From: an uncultured Clostridia bacterium | Lineage (GTDB): Bacteria; Bacillota; Clostridia; Christensenellales; Aristaeellaceae | Assembly: GCA_937907055.1 (NCBI GenBank) | Contig: CALCTW010000044.1 | Location: 2,401 to 34,400 of the forward strand | Length of the DNA: 32,000 nucleotides | Direction: 5' to 3' | In this document: in pieces, positions 7,824 through 16,037 of the stretch | Position numbering within the stretch: position 1 is the stretch's first letter | How the letters are laid out: each line of letters opens with the position of its first letter | Notes under the pieces: generated by a model | What the model saw: the letters and a program-made list of their open reading frames with translations, nothing else | Told to the model about the DNA's origin: nothing | Database searches by the model: none | Translations under genes and position numbers: made by a program

Positions 7824-8666
7824 TCAGTTTTTCATCAGCAGTGCTTCGATGCTGCCGTGTTCGTTATCCTCCAGGAAGAGCAGATCCCCCCTCGCGGCGT
7901 CAAGGATCATGTAATAGCGATGATTCACGCAGACACGCCACTGAGGAAGCGCCGGATCTGTCACATCATAGAAAAGTACGGGATCAAAAATGGTTTCGGC
8001 TTCTTTCCCAAGCGCGGTCAGACAGGCGGATACAGTCTCAAGGATCTTCTCCTCGGAGATGCCGTCCGTACCCGGCGTTCCCCATACACGGCGGGTCCAC
8101 CAGTAATATTCTTTTCCTTCAAGGATCATCCGTGCCGTTTCGTCTTTACCGTAGATCTCGTCCAACTTCTGCTTCCACGCGGCGCAGAACGCGGCCTTGT
8201 CTTCCAATGACCAGAAATAGAAATACGCTCCGTTTTCATCGTAGAGATCCGTCACATTCATCAGTTGAAGATCATCCGGAGCAAGCGGCAGATTGGCTTC
8301 AGACTGTTTCCTTTGAGTATTGGTGAATCGCCTGTCTCCGCGCGTGTGATCCATCCACTCGCCGTTTTCCCCCAGCAGATAACGGTATTGCACGTTCCCT
8401 GCATGGTCAGTAAATGTGACGATCCACACGCTTTCTTCTCCGTTCAGATACTCCCCGCTGATCACTTTCTCCGCTTCGGCCTTCAGCAGGCGCGCCTCAC
8501 TGAAGTTCAGTTCCTCCTGTTCCGTCAGGGAAGAACAGCACAGCTCGATCACTTCGATCTGTTCCTCCCGGGAGGGGATCGTATCATCCTCGGCATGGCA
8601 GACCGGAATCATCATGCCTATCAGGAGGATGCACAGCAGGGATATCATATGCTTCTTCATGTTCAT
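7824..8666 (-). CDS. Secreted hypothetical protein
   Basis: 280 aa. Signal peptide MNMKKHMISLLCILLIGMMIPVCHA|EDD. RBS AGAGAGGA. GC is visibly lower than in the neighbouring genes. No motif recognised. Confidence 0.7.
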   Translation of the reverse strand: MNMKKHMISLLCILLIGMMIPVCHAEDDTIPSREEQIEVIELCCSSLTEQEELNFSEARLLKAEAEKVISGEYLNGEESVWIVTFTDHAGNVQYRYLLGENGEWMDHTRGDRRFTNTQRKQSEANLPLAPDDLQLMNVTDLYDENGAYFYFWSLEDKAAFCAAWKQKLDEIYGKDETARMILEGKEYYWWTRRVWGTPGTDGISEEKILETVSACLTALGKEAETIFDPVLFYDVTDPALPQWRVCVNHRYYMILDAARGDLLFLEDNEHGSIEALLMKN

Positions 8667-8722
8667 GTCCTCTCTTTCCTGTTGCCCTTTATCTTGCTTT
8701 TTTTACCGCGGACAACAGAAAG

Positions 8723-8751
8723 ATTTTACCACGGCCGGCGCGTGGTGTAAA
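8723..8751 (-). promoter_or_regulatory. SigA-like promoter for the secreted-protein gene
   Basis: On the minus strand: TTTACA, 17 nt spacer, TAAAAT. The spacer carries the inverted repeat CCACG...CGTGG. Confidence 0.45.
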
Positions 8752-8819
8752 CAAATGAGGCTGTTAACATATGTAAAAAGTCGTGGTATGCTCCTGATCC
8801 GGGCTGTCATCCATACAAC

Positions 8820-8856
8820 AAAAAAGAATCCTCGAAAACATGGTTTTCAAGGATTC
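8820..8856 (-). terminator. Rho-independent terminator downstream of tRNA-Ser
   Basis: On the minus strand: GAATCCTTGAAAAC / GTTTTCGAGGATTC stem followed by TTTTTT. Confidence 0.75.
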
Positions 8857-8860
8857 CTGT

Positions 8861-8952
8861 TGGCGGAGAAGGAGAGATTCGAACTCTCGAACGGTTTTAC
8901 CCGTTACACGATTTCCAGTCGTGCGCCCTCGACCAAGCTAGGCGACTTCTCC
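8861..8952 (-). tRNA. tRNA-Ser(GGA), class II with a long variable arm and encoded CCA
   Basis: The reverse complement folds as a cloverleaf. Acceptor stem is GGAGAAG/CTTCTCC. Anticodon stem is CACGA/TCGTG with loop CU-GGA-AA. The variable arm is ACGG...CCGT and the T-arm is GAGAG-TTCGAATC-CTCTC, followed by discriminator G plus CCA. Confidence 0.93.
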
Positions 8953-8969
8953 ACTTGGTCAACGCAAAG

Positions 8970-8998
8970 ATAATAGCATATCCATCCTTGTTTGTCAA
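8970..8998 (-). promoter_or_regulatory. SigA-like promoter for tRNA-Ser
   Basis: On the minus strand: TTGACA, 17 nt spacer, TATTAT. It ends about 18 nt before the tRNA 5' end. Confidence 0.6.
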
Positions 8999-9107
8999 AT
9001 ACTTTTTTTCTCTTTTTCGGGCCTTTTTCATGCTTTGGTGTCAATGCCGCGTTTCGCGGTTCACACCCTTCTCTTCCGTTTCTCGTGTTTTCTTCCATAC
9101 CAAAGCC

Positions 9108-9131
9108 CGGACAGGTTTTCGCGCCTGTCCG
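9108..9131 (-). terminator. Hairpin downstream of the 904-aa gene (weak terminator)
   Basis: On the minus strand: CGGACAGG-cgcgaaaa-CCTGTCCG, followed by a poor T-tract (GGCTTTGG). Confidence 0.4.
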
Positions 9132-9161
9132 AGCTGCCTTGTTTTGTTTGATCTGTGTTCC

Positions 9162-11876
9162 TCAGTTCAGCTTGATGCCGTACATGGCGGCATTGCCCTT
9201 GCTGCAGGTGCCGATCACCAGCACGTTCTTATATACCGCGGGGCTGCTCTGGATCGTTCCGCCCAGGTTCAGGGTGGAGATCTCCGCGCCGCTCACGCCG
9301 TCCAGCAGGTGCAGCACGCCGCTCTCGTCCGCCTGAATGATCCAGGCGTTCCCCAGCTCGTTGTACACAGCCACGGGGGAGGAGACAGCCGTCGTGGTCA
9401 GCTCGCGGGTCCAGCGGATCTTGCCGCTCTTCTTTTCAAAGGCCATCACAGCGCTTGTCTTGCCCTTGCCGGTCATGTTCACCGTGAAGATCACCAGGTC
9501 ATCGATCGCGTTTTCACCGATCACCGGGCTGGCTTTGCATCCGGCCAGTTCGCTGCTGTTGTAAACGCAGCTCACATCCGCTTTCCAGATCTCTTCGCCG
9601 GTCAGGGCGTCCAGACGGCGGATCACACACTTTCCGTCCTTCTTTAGGCGCTCATAGCAGGTCGTTCCGGTATACAGGCCCAGATTGCCGTCCTCGTCAA
9701 AGTCCAGCGCGATGCTGGCATCCGTATTGTCGCCGCAGTCCACCGCCCACACCGTATTCATGGTGGTGGTGTCCACGCAGCGCAGCAGGCCGTAGGTATC
9801 CGCCATGTACACATATCTGCCGTACATGGCCGCGCTGCTCTCAATTCCCGTGCGGTTGTCCTTCTGGGCGTTGGCCTTGCTCTTCAGGTACACCGTGTCG
9901 GCATTGATGGTCAGGTTCGTCGCGCCGGCAGGGAAGGTGGTATGCAGATCCACCGTGTACAGCAATCCGTTCTCGCCGCCGATGATCAGCGCGTCACCGT
10001 CCTCCTGGCTCAGGAACAGGCCGGTTCCGTCAAAGGCGCCGTTGGCGGAGTATTGTTCGTTCTGGCGGCCGTTCAGGAACAACAGCTGTTTCTGATCCAC
10101 CAGGTTGTATACATAGTATCCGATCGATCCGGTTTTGTTGGCCAGCTTGGAGACCGCCTGACCGATGCCCATGATCGGGCGGGAGTAGGGATCGACCGCC
10201 GCGCTGCTCTTCAGCGGGAAGCCGATATTGATGCAGTCGCGGGTCTGTTCGCCGGTCGTCAGGTCCAGGAAGTAGATCTTTCCGTCCAGCGCGCCGAAGA
10301 TCACTTCCTTCAGTCCCTGCTTTTCCTTTTTCGCGTCATACAGGTTCATGATGGCGCGTACATCGCCGGGCCACTTGATAATGGCGGGCTGTGTGCCCCA
10401 GCCGACACCGTACAGCGTGCCGTCGCTCGTCTTCAGGCTGCCCAGATCCTTCTTCCACAGGATCTCCATCTGTCCGGTCGTGATCTCCACGGTGCTGTAG
10501 GCGGCATTGCGGCGGAAGTTGTCGCCGCGGAAGGTGAAGATACCGTTATTCGCGTAGGTATAGTGGTTCGGGTCGGGCGCGTTGTAGGGCAGCTCACGGG
10601 TGAAGCCGGATTGCTTCTTTCCGCCCTTATAGATCGCCTGCAGCAGCTTCACCAGCGAGGGATCGGTCCGGCCGGTCACGGCGGCAGCGTCCAGCACAGG
10701 CATGGGGGTCGCGGTGGGATCCGGCACCTCGGTCGGTTCCGGGGTCTCGGTGGGATTGGGCGTCGGTACCTCCGTCGGCATCGGGGTGGGCTCCGGCGTG
10801 ATCATCTCCGTGGGGGCCGGGGTCGGCACTTCGGTCTCCGCCGGCGCGGGGGCTTCGGTCGGGATCGCGGTCGCGTTCGCCACGGGCACAAATCCGGAGG
10901 CGTTCACATCCTCGGGCTCCTCGGTCGGGGCAGCGGTGGGCACCATGGTCACAAATACAGGCGCCTGTGTCACAAAGGGCACTTCGGTCACGGGCGCGGC
11001 GGTCACCGGCGCTTCGGTCTCAACGGCATCCTTCACGATCACGCGGATGCGCGCGTTGGTGTCCTTCAGTTCGGTGTTCAGGTTCTCGCGGATCTGCACG
11101 CGGAAGTAGCCGTCATATTCGGCGGCCAGATACACTCGCACATCCCAGGTGCCGTTGTCACCGTTGGTGTAGGTGCCGATCACTTCGCCGGTCTGCTCGT
11201 AGATCAGGCGGATCTCCGCCACGGAGGCAGAGGTCTTCACCGTAAATTCCAGCGGCTGCGCGGTGGTGCAGCTCTCGTTGTTGCCCTTCGGGCAAACGAT
11301 CGTCACATTGGCGCTCGTATCCTGCGTGCTCACCTCCGGCGTGACCACGGGGGCGTTCACACCGTTTCCGGTCAGGTTGCTGAATTTTTCGCCGATGCCG
11401 TTTCCGGGCACCAGCACGAAGAAGGCGATCACCAGTCCCACGATCAGCGCGATCAGCATGGCGATCAGCACCTTGGGCCACACAGGGCTGTTATCCTCTT
11501 CCGGATAGTACGGAGGCGTGTTCTCCGGGGCGTATCCGCCGTCATCGTACGGCGAATAGGGGGATTCGCCCCTCGGCATCTCATATTCGTTTCCGTTCGC
11601 GCCGGGCTGCGGGCGTTCCGCGGGACGCTCAAAGCGCGTCGTGCTGCCGGGCGCGGCAGCGGAGGCGGGCTGGAAACGCACCGTTTCGCCGCCGGCATTG
11701 CCTGTCGGCATCCTGTCTCCGCGGTGTCTGATCGTTGTATCCGGCGCGGCGGGCATCGGCGGCACGTATTCGCGCGCCTCCGGCTGCTTCTCGGTGGATT
11801 TGATATATTGCTCGTGTTCGTTCCCTCTCATCCTGTTGGGATCGTACTGCGGGTTATAGTCATGCTTTTCGCTCAA
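9162..11876 (-). CDS. Single-pass membrane protein. Domains in order: disordered Pro/Tyr-rich cytoplasmic N-terminus, TM segment, Ig-like region, Pro/Thr-rich linker, and a PQQ-like (BamB-like) beta-propeller ectodomain.
   Basis: 904 aa. TTG start preceded by GAAGGAGGG at 7 nt. TM segment is VLIAMLIALIVGLVIAFFVLV. A PT linker of about 110 aa precedes a C-terminal region with repeated G-x-hydrophobic-Y/W strand patterns typical of PQQ-like propellers. The domain call is by eye. Confidence 0.75.
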   Translation of the reverse strand: MSEKHDYNPQYDPNRMRGNEHEQYIKSTEKQPEAREYVPPMPAAPDTTIRHRGDRMPTGNAGGETVRFQPASAAAPGSTTRFERPAERPQPGANGNEYEMPRGESPYSPYDDGGYAPENTPPYYPEEDNSPVWPKVLIAMLIALIVGLVIAFFVLVPGNGIGEKFSNLTGNGVNAPVVTPEVSTQDTSANVTIVCPKGNNESCTTAQPLEFTVKTSASVAEIRLIYEQTGEVIGTYTNGDNGTWDVRVYLAAEYDGYFRVQIRENLNTELKDTNARIRVIVKDAVETEAPVTAAPVTEVPFVTQAPVFVTMVPTAAPTEEPEDVNASGFVPVANATAIPTEAPAPAETEVPTPAPTEMITPEPTPMPTEVPTPNPTETPEPTEVPDPTATPMPVLDAAAVTGRTDPSLVKLLQAIYKGGKKQSGFTRELPYNAPDPNHYTYANNGIFTFRGDNFRRNAAYSTVEITTGQMEILWKKDLGSLKTSDGTLYGVGWGTQPAIIKWPGDVRAIMNLYDAKKEKQGLKEVIFGALDGKIYFLDLTTGEQTRDCINIGFPLKSSAAVDPYSRPIMGIGQAVSKLANKTGSIGYYVYNLVDQKQLLFLNGRQNEQYSANGAFDGTGLFLSQEDGDALIIGGENGLLYTVDLHTTFPAGATNLTINADTVYLKSKANAQKDNRTGIESSAAMYGRYVYMADTYGLLRCVDTTTMNTVWAVDCGDNTDASIALDFDEDGNLGLYTGTTCYERLKKDGKCVIRRLDALTGEEIWKADVSCVYNSSELAGCKASPVIGENAIDDLVIFTVNMTGKGKTSAVMAFEKKSGKIRWTRELTTTAVSSPVAVYNELGNAWIIQADESGVLHLLDGVSGAEISTLNLGGTIQSSPAVYKNVLVIGTCSKGNAAMYGIKLN

Positions 11877-11922
11877 GTTCTTTCCCTCCTTCGCGGGTCT
11901 CAGGGGTTTATCGCAATATAAA

Positions 11923-11951
11923 AGTATAGCAGAAAATCACGCTTTTCTCAA
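11923..11951 (-). promoter_or_regulatory. SigA-like promoter for the 904-aa gene
   Basis: On the minus strand: TTGAGA, 17 nt spacer, TATACT. Confidence 0.5.
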
Positions 11952-11981
11952 GCCGTTGCCCTGCATTTTACAGCCGCCGCG

Positions 11982-12014
11982 TTTTTTTCGCTTTTTTCGC
12001 CTTTTTCGCCTTTT
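11982..12014. repeat. Four helically phased T/A tracts of lengths 7, 6, 5 and 4, separated by CGC(C)
   Basis: gTTTTTTTcgcTTTTTTcgccTTTTTcgccTTTTcc. Tract starts are 11982, 11992, 12002 and 12011. Confidence 0.9.
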
Positions 12015-12024
12015 CCGCCGGTTC

Positions 12025-13173
12025 TCAGTTTGTCCCGGCGCTTCTGTTCAGCATCACCAGCGCGCGGTTCAGGCTCGTGTCGTCATAGCTGTCCAGCGAA
12101 TAGATGAACAGCATGCTGTCGATCGTTTCCTCCGCCCCCAGCACATCGCCGATCGTCACCGAAGCCGGCAGATAACGGGTGTCCACTGCCACGATCCGCT
12201 TGTAATTCATCATCAGGAAAGGCAGCAGGCTGTTGGCAAAGCTGTCCTTCATCACAAACAGCGTGCCGTTTTCCGCGTTTTCATTCTCCAGCACGGTCAC
12301 ACCGTGGTTGCCGTCCAGATACACGGCATACATGTCATAGGTTTCGGCGCGTCCGGGGAAGATTACATGATCATAGGTTTCACCGTCAAAGGTCACTTTC
12401 ACGCTCGTTTTCGGTTCCGCCGCGCGGATCGTGTCGCTTACGCTCACGGGCAGTCCGCTTCTGGAGGCTGTCGTGCCCCGGAAGCCCGTATATTCCGTGA
12501 TCGTAAATGCATCCATGGCCGCCGCTGTCAGTCCGGTCTGTCCGCAGTAGGCTTCGTAGGCCGCGTACGCGCCCTCCAGCGTCCAGTGGTGATCGGTCAG
12601 GTAATACAGATCCTTTTCGCCTTCAAATAGCGGCTGCAGCTTCACAAAGCGCGGGTCATCCGTCAGCGCTGTGTACGCCGCGCGCTCCTCCTCAAACAGC
12701 GTTTGGCTCAGCGGCCCCATCCGGTCCGCCAATACCTCGCCGTGGGTCGGCGGTGTGATGAACGCGCAGCTTACACCGTACTTTTCCGCCATCCGGATCA
12801 GATTGTCCCGTGTCCGGCACAGCGTTTCCGCGTCCGCGTCCACAGGCTTCTCCACCAGGCTGTTTCCGGCGATCCACGCGCCCAGCTGGCTTCCGCGCCC
12901 TGTCGCCACATTATATACGGCATTCACGGATACCAGCGTGTCTCTTCCCGGCAGGTGATCGGAAAGATAGGTTTCCAGGTCATTGTTAAAGGTCCATTCA
13001 GTCAGGCTTTCCGGAGCCTTCAGCCCGGCCAGCGCGCGGCGTTCCCGGTCGGAAAAATCTTTTCCCGGCAGCACCAGCGTGCAGATCCCGATCACCAGCA
13101 GCAGGGGAAGCGCGCCGTAGGCGATGACCCGGTCCCAGACTGCTGATTTTTTCAGCTTCTTATCATCATCCAT
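12025..13173 (-). CDS. DHHW-family protein (AlgJ/AlgX/PatB-like SGNH-fold O-acyltransferase partner of MBOAT)
   Basis: 382 aa. N-terminal TM anchor, the motif YYLTDHHWT, and a downstream KDSFANS serine motif. Confidence 0.85.
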   Translation of the reverse strand: MDDDKKLKKSAVWDRVIAYGALPLLLVIGICTLVLPGKDFSDRERRALAGLKAPESLTEWTFNNDLETYLSDHLPGRDTLVSVNAVYNVATGRGSQLGAWIAGNSLVEKPVDADAETLCRTRDNLIRMAEKYGVSCAFITPPTHGEVLADRMGPLSQTLFEEERAAYTALTDDPRFVKLQPLFEGEKDLYYLTDHHWTLEGAYAAYEAYCGQTGLTAAAMDAFTITEYTGFRGTTASRSGLPVSVSDTIRAAEPKTSVKVTFDGETYDHVIFPGRAETYDMYAVYLDGNHGVTVLENENAENGTLFVMKDSFANSLLPFLMMNYKRIVAVDTRYLPASVTIGDVLGAEETIDSMLFIYSLDSYDDTSLNRALVMLNRSAGTN

Positions 13174-13185
13174 GCGGGTCTCTCC

Positions 13186-14535
13186 TTAGAATTGGAAGTA
13201 CACAAAAGGCGCGAAGCCCTCCGCCGCCAGCGCCGCCAGGCACAGCAGGAACAGAAGGATCGTCAGCACACGCTTCACCGGCATCGGCAGTTTGATCGCC
13301 GGGGCAAAGCTGATCCCGGCGCACACCAGCATCATCGGCAGGTAAGAAACACAGGTCAGCAGGGCTTTGGAACTGATGGGGGAGAAGGCGAAGATCGTTC
13401 CGGCCAGCTGTCCGCCGAAGCCGGAAAACAGCCCCCAGCCGATCACCACCAGCAAGAAGGTCACAGCCCTTCTCAGCAGGCGCGGGATCGCTTCATACCA
13501 GGCTTTTTTCAGCATGAACCGCTTCTCGATCATCAGCAGCGCCGCGAAGTAAAGTCCCCACAGCACATAGTTCCAGCCCGCGCCGTGCCACAGTCCTGTC
13601 AGCGCCCACACGATCAGAATATTCACATTTCTGCGCAGCACGCTGCACCGGCTTCCGCCCAGCGGGAAATACACATACTCGCGGAACCAGGTGGTCAGTG
13701 TCATGTGCCAGTGCCGCCAGAAGCCGGTAATGGAATCCTCGCGGTAGGGTCTGTCAAAGTTTTCAGGCAGCCGGAAGCCCATCGCTTCGCCAAGGCCCAG
13801 CGCCATGTCGGAATAGCCCGAAAAGTCAAAAAAGATCTGGAATGAGAATGCCAGAATGCCGATCACGGCGCCGATCGATCCGGCGCTCGCAAAATCGCCG
13901 TTGATCGTGCCCCACAGCCGTCCCATGGCGTCCGCCAGCAGCACCTTCTTGCCAAGGCCTACGGTAAATCGGGCCAGTCCGTGACGGATGCCCGCCGGGG
14001 TCACGTTTGCCGGGCTGTCCAACTGCGCCTCCAGGTCGGTATAGCGCACGATCGGGCCGGCTACCAGCTGGGGGAACAGTGTCAGATACACGCCGAAGCG
14101 GACGATGCTCCTTTGCGGCTTTGCCTGCCCGCGGTACACGTCGATCAGATAACTGATCCCCTGAAAGGTAAAGAACGAGATGCCGGCCGGCAGCACCGGG
14201 TCATCAAAAGCCATGCCCCAGCCGGTCAGGCCGCGCACGGTCTCAAGGAAAAACCCTGTGTACTTGTAATAGAGCAGCGGCAGCACATTCAAAATGATCA
14301 GCCCCGCCAGCACCGCCTTCCGCTGCTTTCCGCCGCGTGTCATGAACAGGGCTCCGGCCCAGTCCAGCACCAGCACGTACAAAAGCAGGATCAGCCACAG
14401 CGGCGATCCCCACGCGTAAAACAAAAGCGAGGCCGCTAATAAAAACGGCCTTTTCGCTTTTTGCGGCAGCAGCTTATGCCCCAGCAGCACCGCGGGCATA
14501 AACAGCAGCAGAAATGTAAAGGAACAAAACAGCAT
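13186..14535 (-). CDS. MBOAT-family membrane-bound O-acyltransferase (AlgI/DltB/PatA-like)
   Basis: 449 aa and polytopic. It shows an AlgI-like N-terminus (MLFCSFTFLLLF), FWRHWHMTLTTWFREYVYFPLGG, and WHG containing the conserved His. Confidence 0.9.
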   Translation of the reverse strand: MLFCSFTFLLLFMPAVLLGHKLLPQKAKRPFLLAASLLFYAWGSPLWLILLLYVLVLDWAGALFMTRGGKQRKAVLAGLIILNVLPLLYYKYTGFFLETVRGLTGWGMAFDDPVLPAGISFFTFQGISYLIDVYRGQAKPQRSIVRFGVYLTLFPQLVAGPIVRYTDLEAQLDSPANVTPAGIRHGLARFTVGLGKKVLLADAMGRLWGTINGDFASAGSIGAVIGILAFSFQIFFDFSGYSDMALGLGEAMGFRLPENFDRPYREDSITGFWRHWHMTLTTWFREYVYFPLGGSRCSVLRRNVNILIVWALTGLWHGAGWNYVLWGLYFAALLMIEKRFMLKKAWYEAIPRLLRRAVTFLLVVIGWGLFSGFGGQLAGTIFAFSPISSKALLTCVSYLPMMLVCAGISFAPAIKLPMPVKRVLTILLFLLCLAALAAEGFAPFVYFQF

Positions 14536-14551
14536 TCGTTTTTCTCTCCGG

Positions 14552-15073
14552 TCAGCGTCCCTGCAGCACGGCGCGGGTCTCTTCAGCCGCGTCGCTGCCC
14601 ACGATCAGCACCACGGTGTTGCCCTTGCGCTCCACCTTGGCCGCGCTCAGCAGCTTGTATTCATCGGGCAGGTAGTTCTGGGTCTCCTTCATGCGCTGAT
14701 TCAGGTATTTGTTCAGCGCGCTCTCGGCCTTGTCGGCAGCGGCGCTGTCATTGGCGGTCAGCACGATCACGCAGCGGGCGCTCACGCCGTCCTCGCTCTC
14801 AAAGTAGACGATCTCGCTGTAGCTTTCCTCCGTAAGACCGATCAGCTCGCAGATGATCGCGCCGGGGAATTCCACAATGCCGTCCGTGTTCTTCAGCGCG
14901 TCCTTCACCGCTGCAGGCTCATTCACCGCGGGCGCGCTCGTCGCTTCCGCGGGCGCGGCGGTCGCCGCGTTCTTTTCATCGGTCTTCGTGTTATTTCCGC
15001 AGGCGCACAGGCCGGTCATCAGCACCAGCAGCAGAAGCGCGCATCCAATACTCTTTTTCTTCATATCTTTCAC
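14552..15073 (-). CDS. Small lipoprotein (DUF4358-like, tentative)
   Basis: 173 aa. Signal sequence plus lipobox LMTGLCAC|G. Confidence 0.7.
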   Translation of the reverse strand: MKDMKKKSIGCALLLLVLMTGLCACGNNTKTDEKNAATAAPAEATSAPAVNEPAAVKDALKNTDGIVEFPGAIICELIGLTEESYSEIVYFESEDGVSARCVIVLTANDSAAADKAESALNKYLNQRMKETQNYLPDEYKLLSAAKVERKGNTVVLIVGSDAAEETRAVLQGR

Positions 15074-15082
15074 TTATCTCCT

Positions 15083-15844
15083 TTATTTCGGTTCCCAGCG
15101 CCCGGCATCCGCTTCGCTCCGGGCAAAGTCCAGCAGGCATTCCACCCACAGCTTCAGCCCGTCGTCGCCCAGGTGATACTTGCCGTCCGAGGAATAGCTT
15201 TCCTTCAGATAACCTTCCTCGTCCTTCAGCACCTCGGCGATCTCCAGATACACCGCGCCGTTCTTTTCGCAGGCAGCCTTCATGGCCACGTTGTATTTGT
15301 CCCACATCGTGCGGTAGTCTTTTTTCCGGCAGAACGCGCGTGTCACCGGGGTCAGGGACTGGAACACGATCACCGTCTCGGGGGAGGCTTCTTTGGCCAG
15401 CTCGATGATCCTTTCCACATAGCCGATCCCCTTGTCGATCGTCTCGCCGATATAGTCATTCACGCCCAGCAGGATGAACACATAGCGCGGCTTCAGCTGG
15501 CGGATGATGTTGGTCATCGTGCTCTCATCGCCGTTCAGGGTCAGGTTCACCGCGTCGCTCTGCAGGTATTTGCGGCTGGCGATATACAGCATATAGCTCT
15601 GCGCGGTAAAGAACCGTGTGCCTTTCATGAAGGCCGGGTCCTTCTTCTGCTGCTCCAGCACATACACGCGCAATTGTCTTGTGATCGAGTCGCCCACAAA
15701 AATGCAGTTGTCAAAGAAGGGATAAAGCGCCTCGTTACTCAGCCGTTGTATTGTGCTTTCTGTCTGCTCCTCCGCGTTCACACCCGGCAAAAGCAGCAGG
15801 ATCATCATCAGCGCCAGCAGCGCTGCAGTCAGGCGGTGCATCAT
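15083..15844 (-). CDS. Secreted SGNH/GDSL-family hydrolase or acyltransferase
   Basis: Block I is FVGDSITRQ, block III is LLGVNDY, and block V is DGKYHLGDDG. A signal peptide is present. The start at 15844 (MMHRL) is preferred, with RBS GGAAGGGGG upstream. The ORF track extends it to 15874. Confidence 0.8.
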   Translation of the reverse strand: MMHRLTAALLALMMILLLLPGVNAEEQTESTIQRLSNEALYPFFDNCIFVGDSITRQLRVYVLEQQKKDPAFMKGTRFFTAQSYMLYIASRKYLQSDAVNLTLNGDESTMTNIIRQLKPRYVFILLGVNDYIGETIDKGIGYVERIIELAKEASPETVIVFQSLTPVTRAFCRKKDYRTMWDKYNVAMKAACEKNGAVYLEIAEVLKDEEGYLKESYSSDGKYHLGDDGLKLWVECLLDFARSEADAGRWEPK

Positions 15845-16037
15845 GTTTTCCCCCTTCCGTTCAACGTGTTCCATTATATGCTTTGCTCCCCTTCTTTGTC
15901 AACCGCCGGGGGCGCTTCACCCCTTGCGGGAACGGCTTTTCTATGGTATCCTGCTCATAACGCATTCTGTTTTTTTACATTGTTAAGGGTCCGCGTTTCA
16001 TGCGCGTGATCCATGATCTATGAAAGGAAGTATTTCT

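Noticed and set aside
8861-8952. Whether the only tRNA in the window could be an amber suppressor that explains the in-frame TAGs.
   Set aside because: The anticodon loop reads CU-GGA-AA, so this is a normal tRNA-Ser(GGA). No other tRNA-like TTCGAA T-loop was seen in the window.
10690-11000. Repetitive GC-rich DNA that looked like a tandem repeat array.
   Set aside because: It is the antisense of the Pro/Thr/Glu-rich linker coding sequence of the 904-aa protein (PTEVPTPNPTETPEPTEVP...). These are imperfect codon-level repeats, not a CRISPR or VNTR array.
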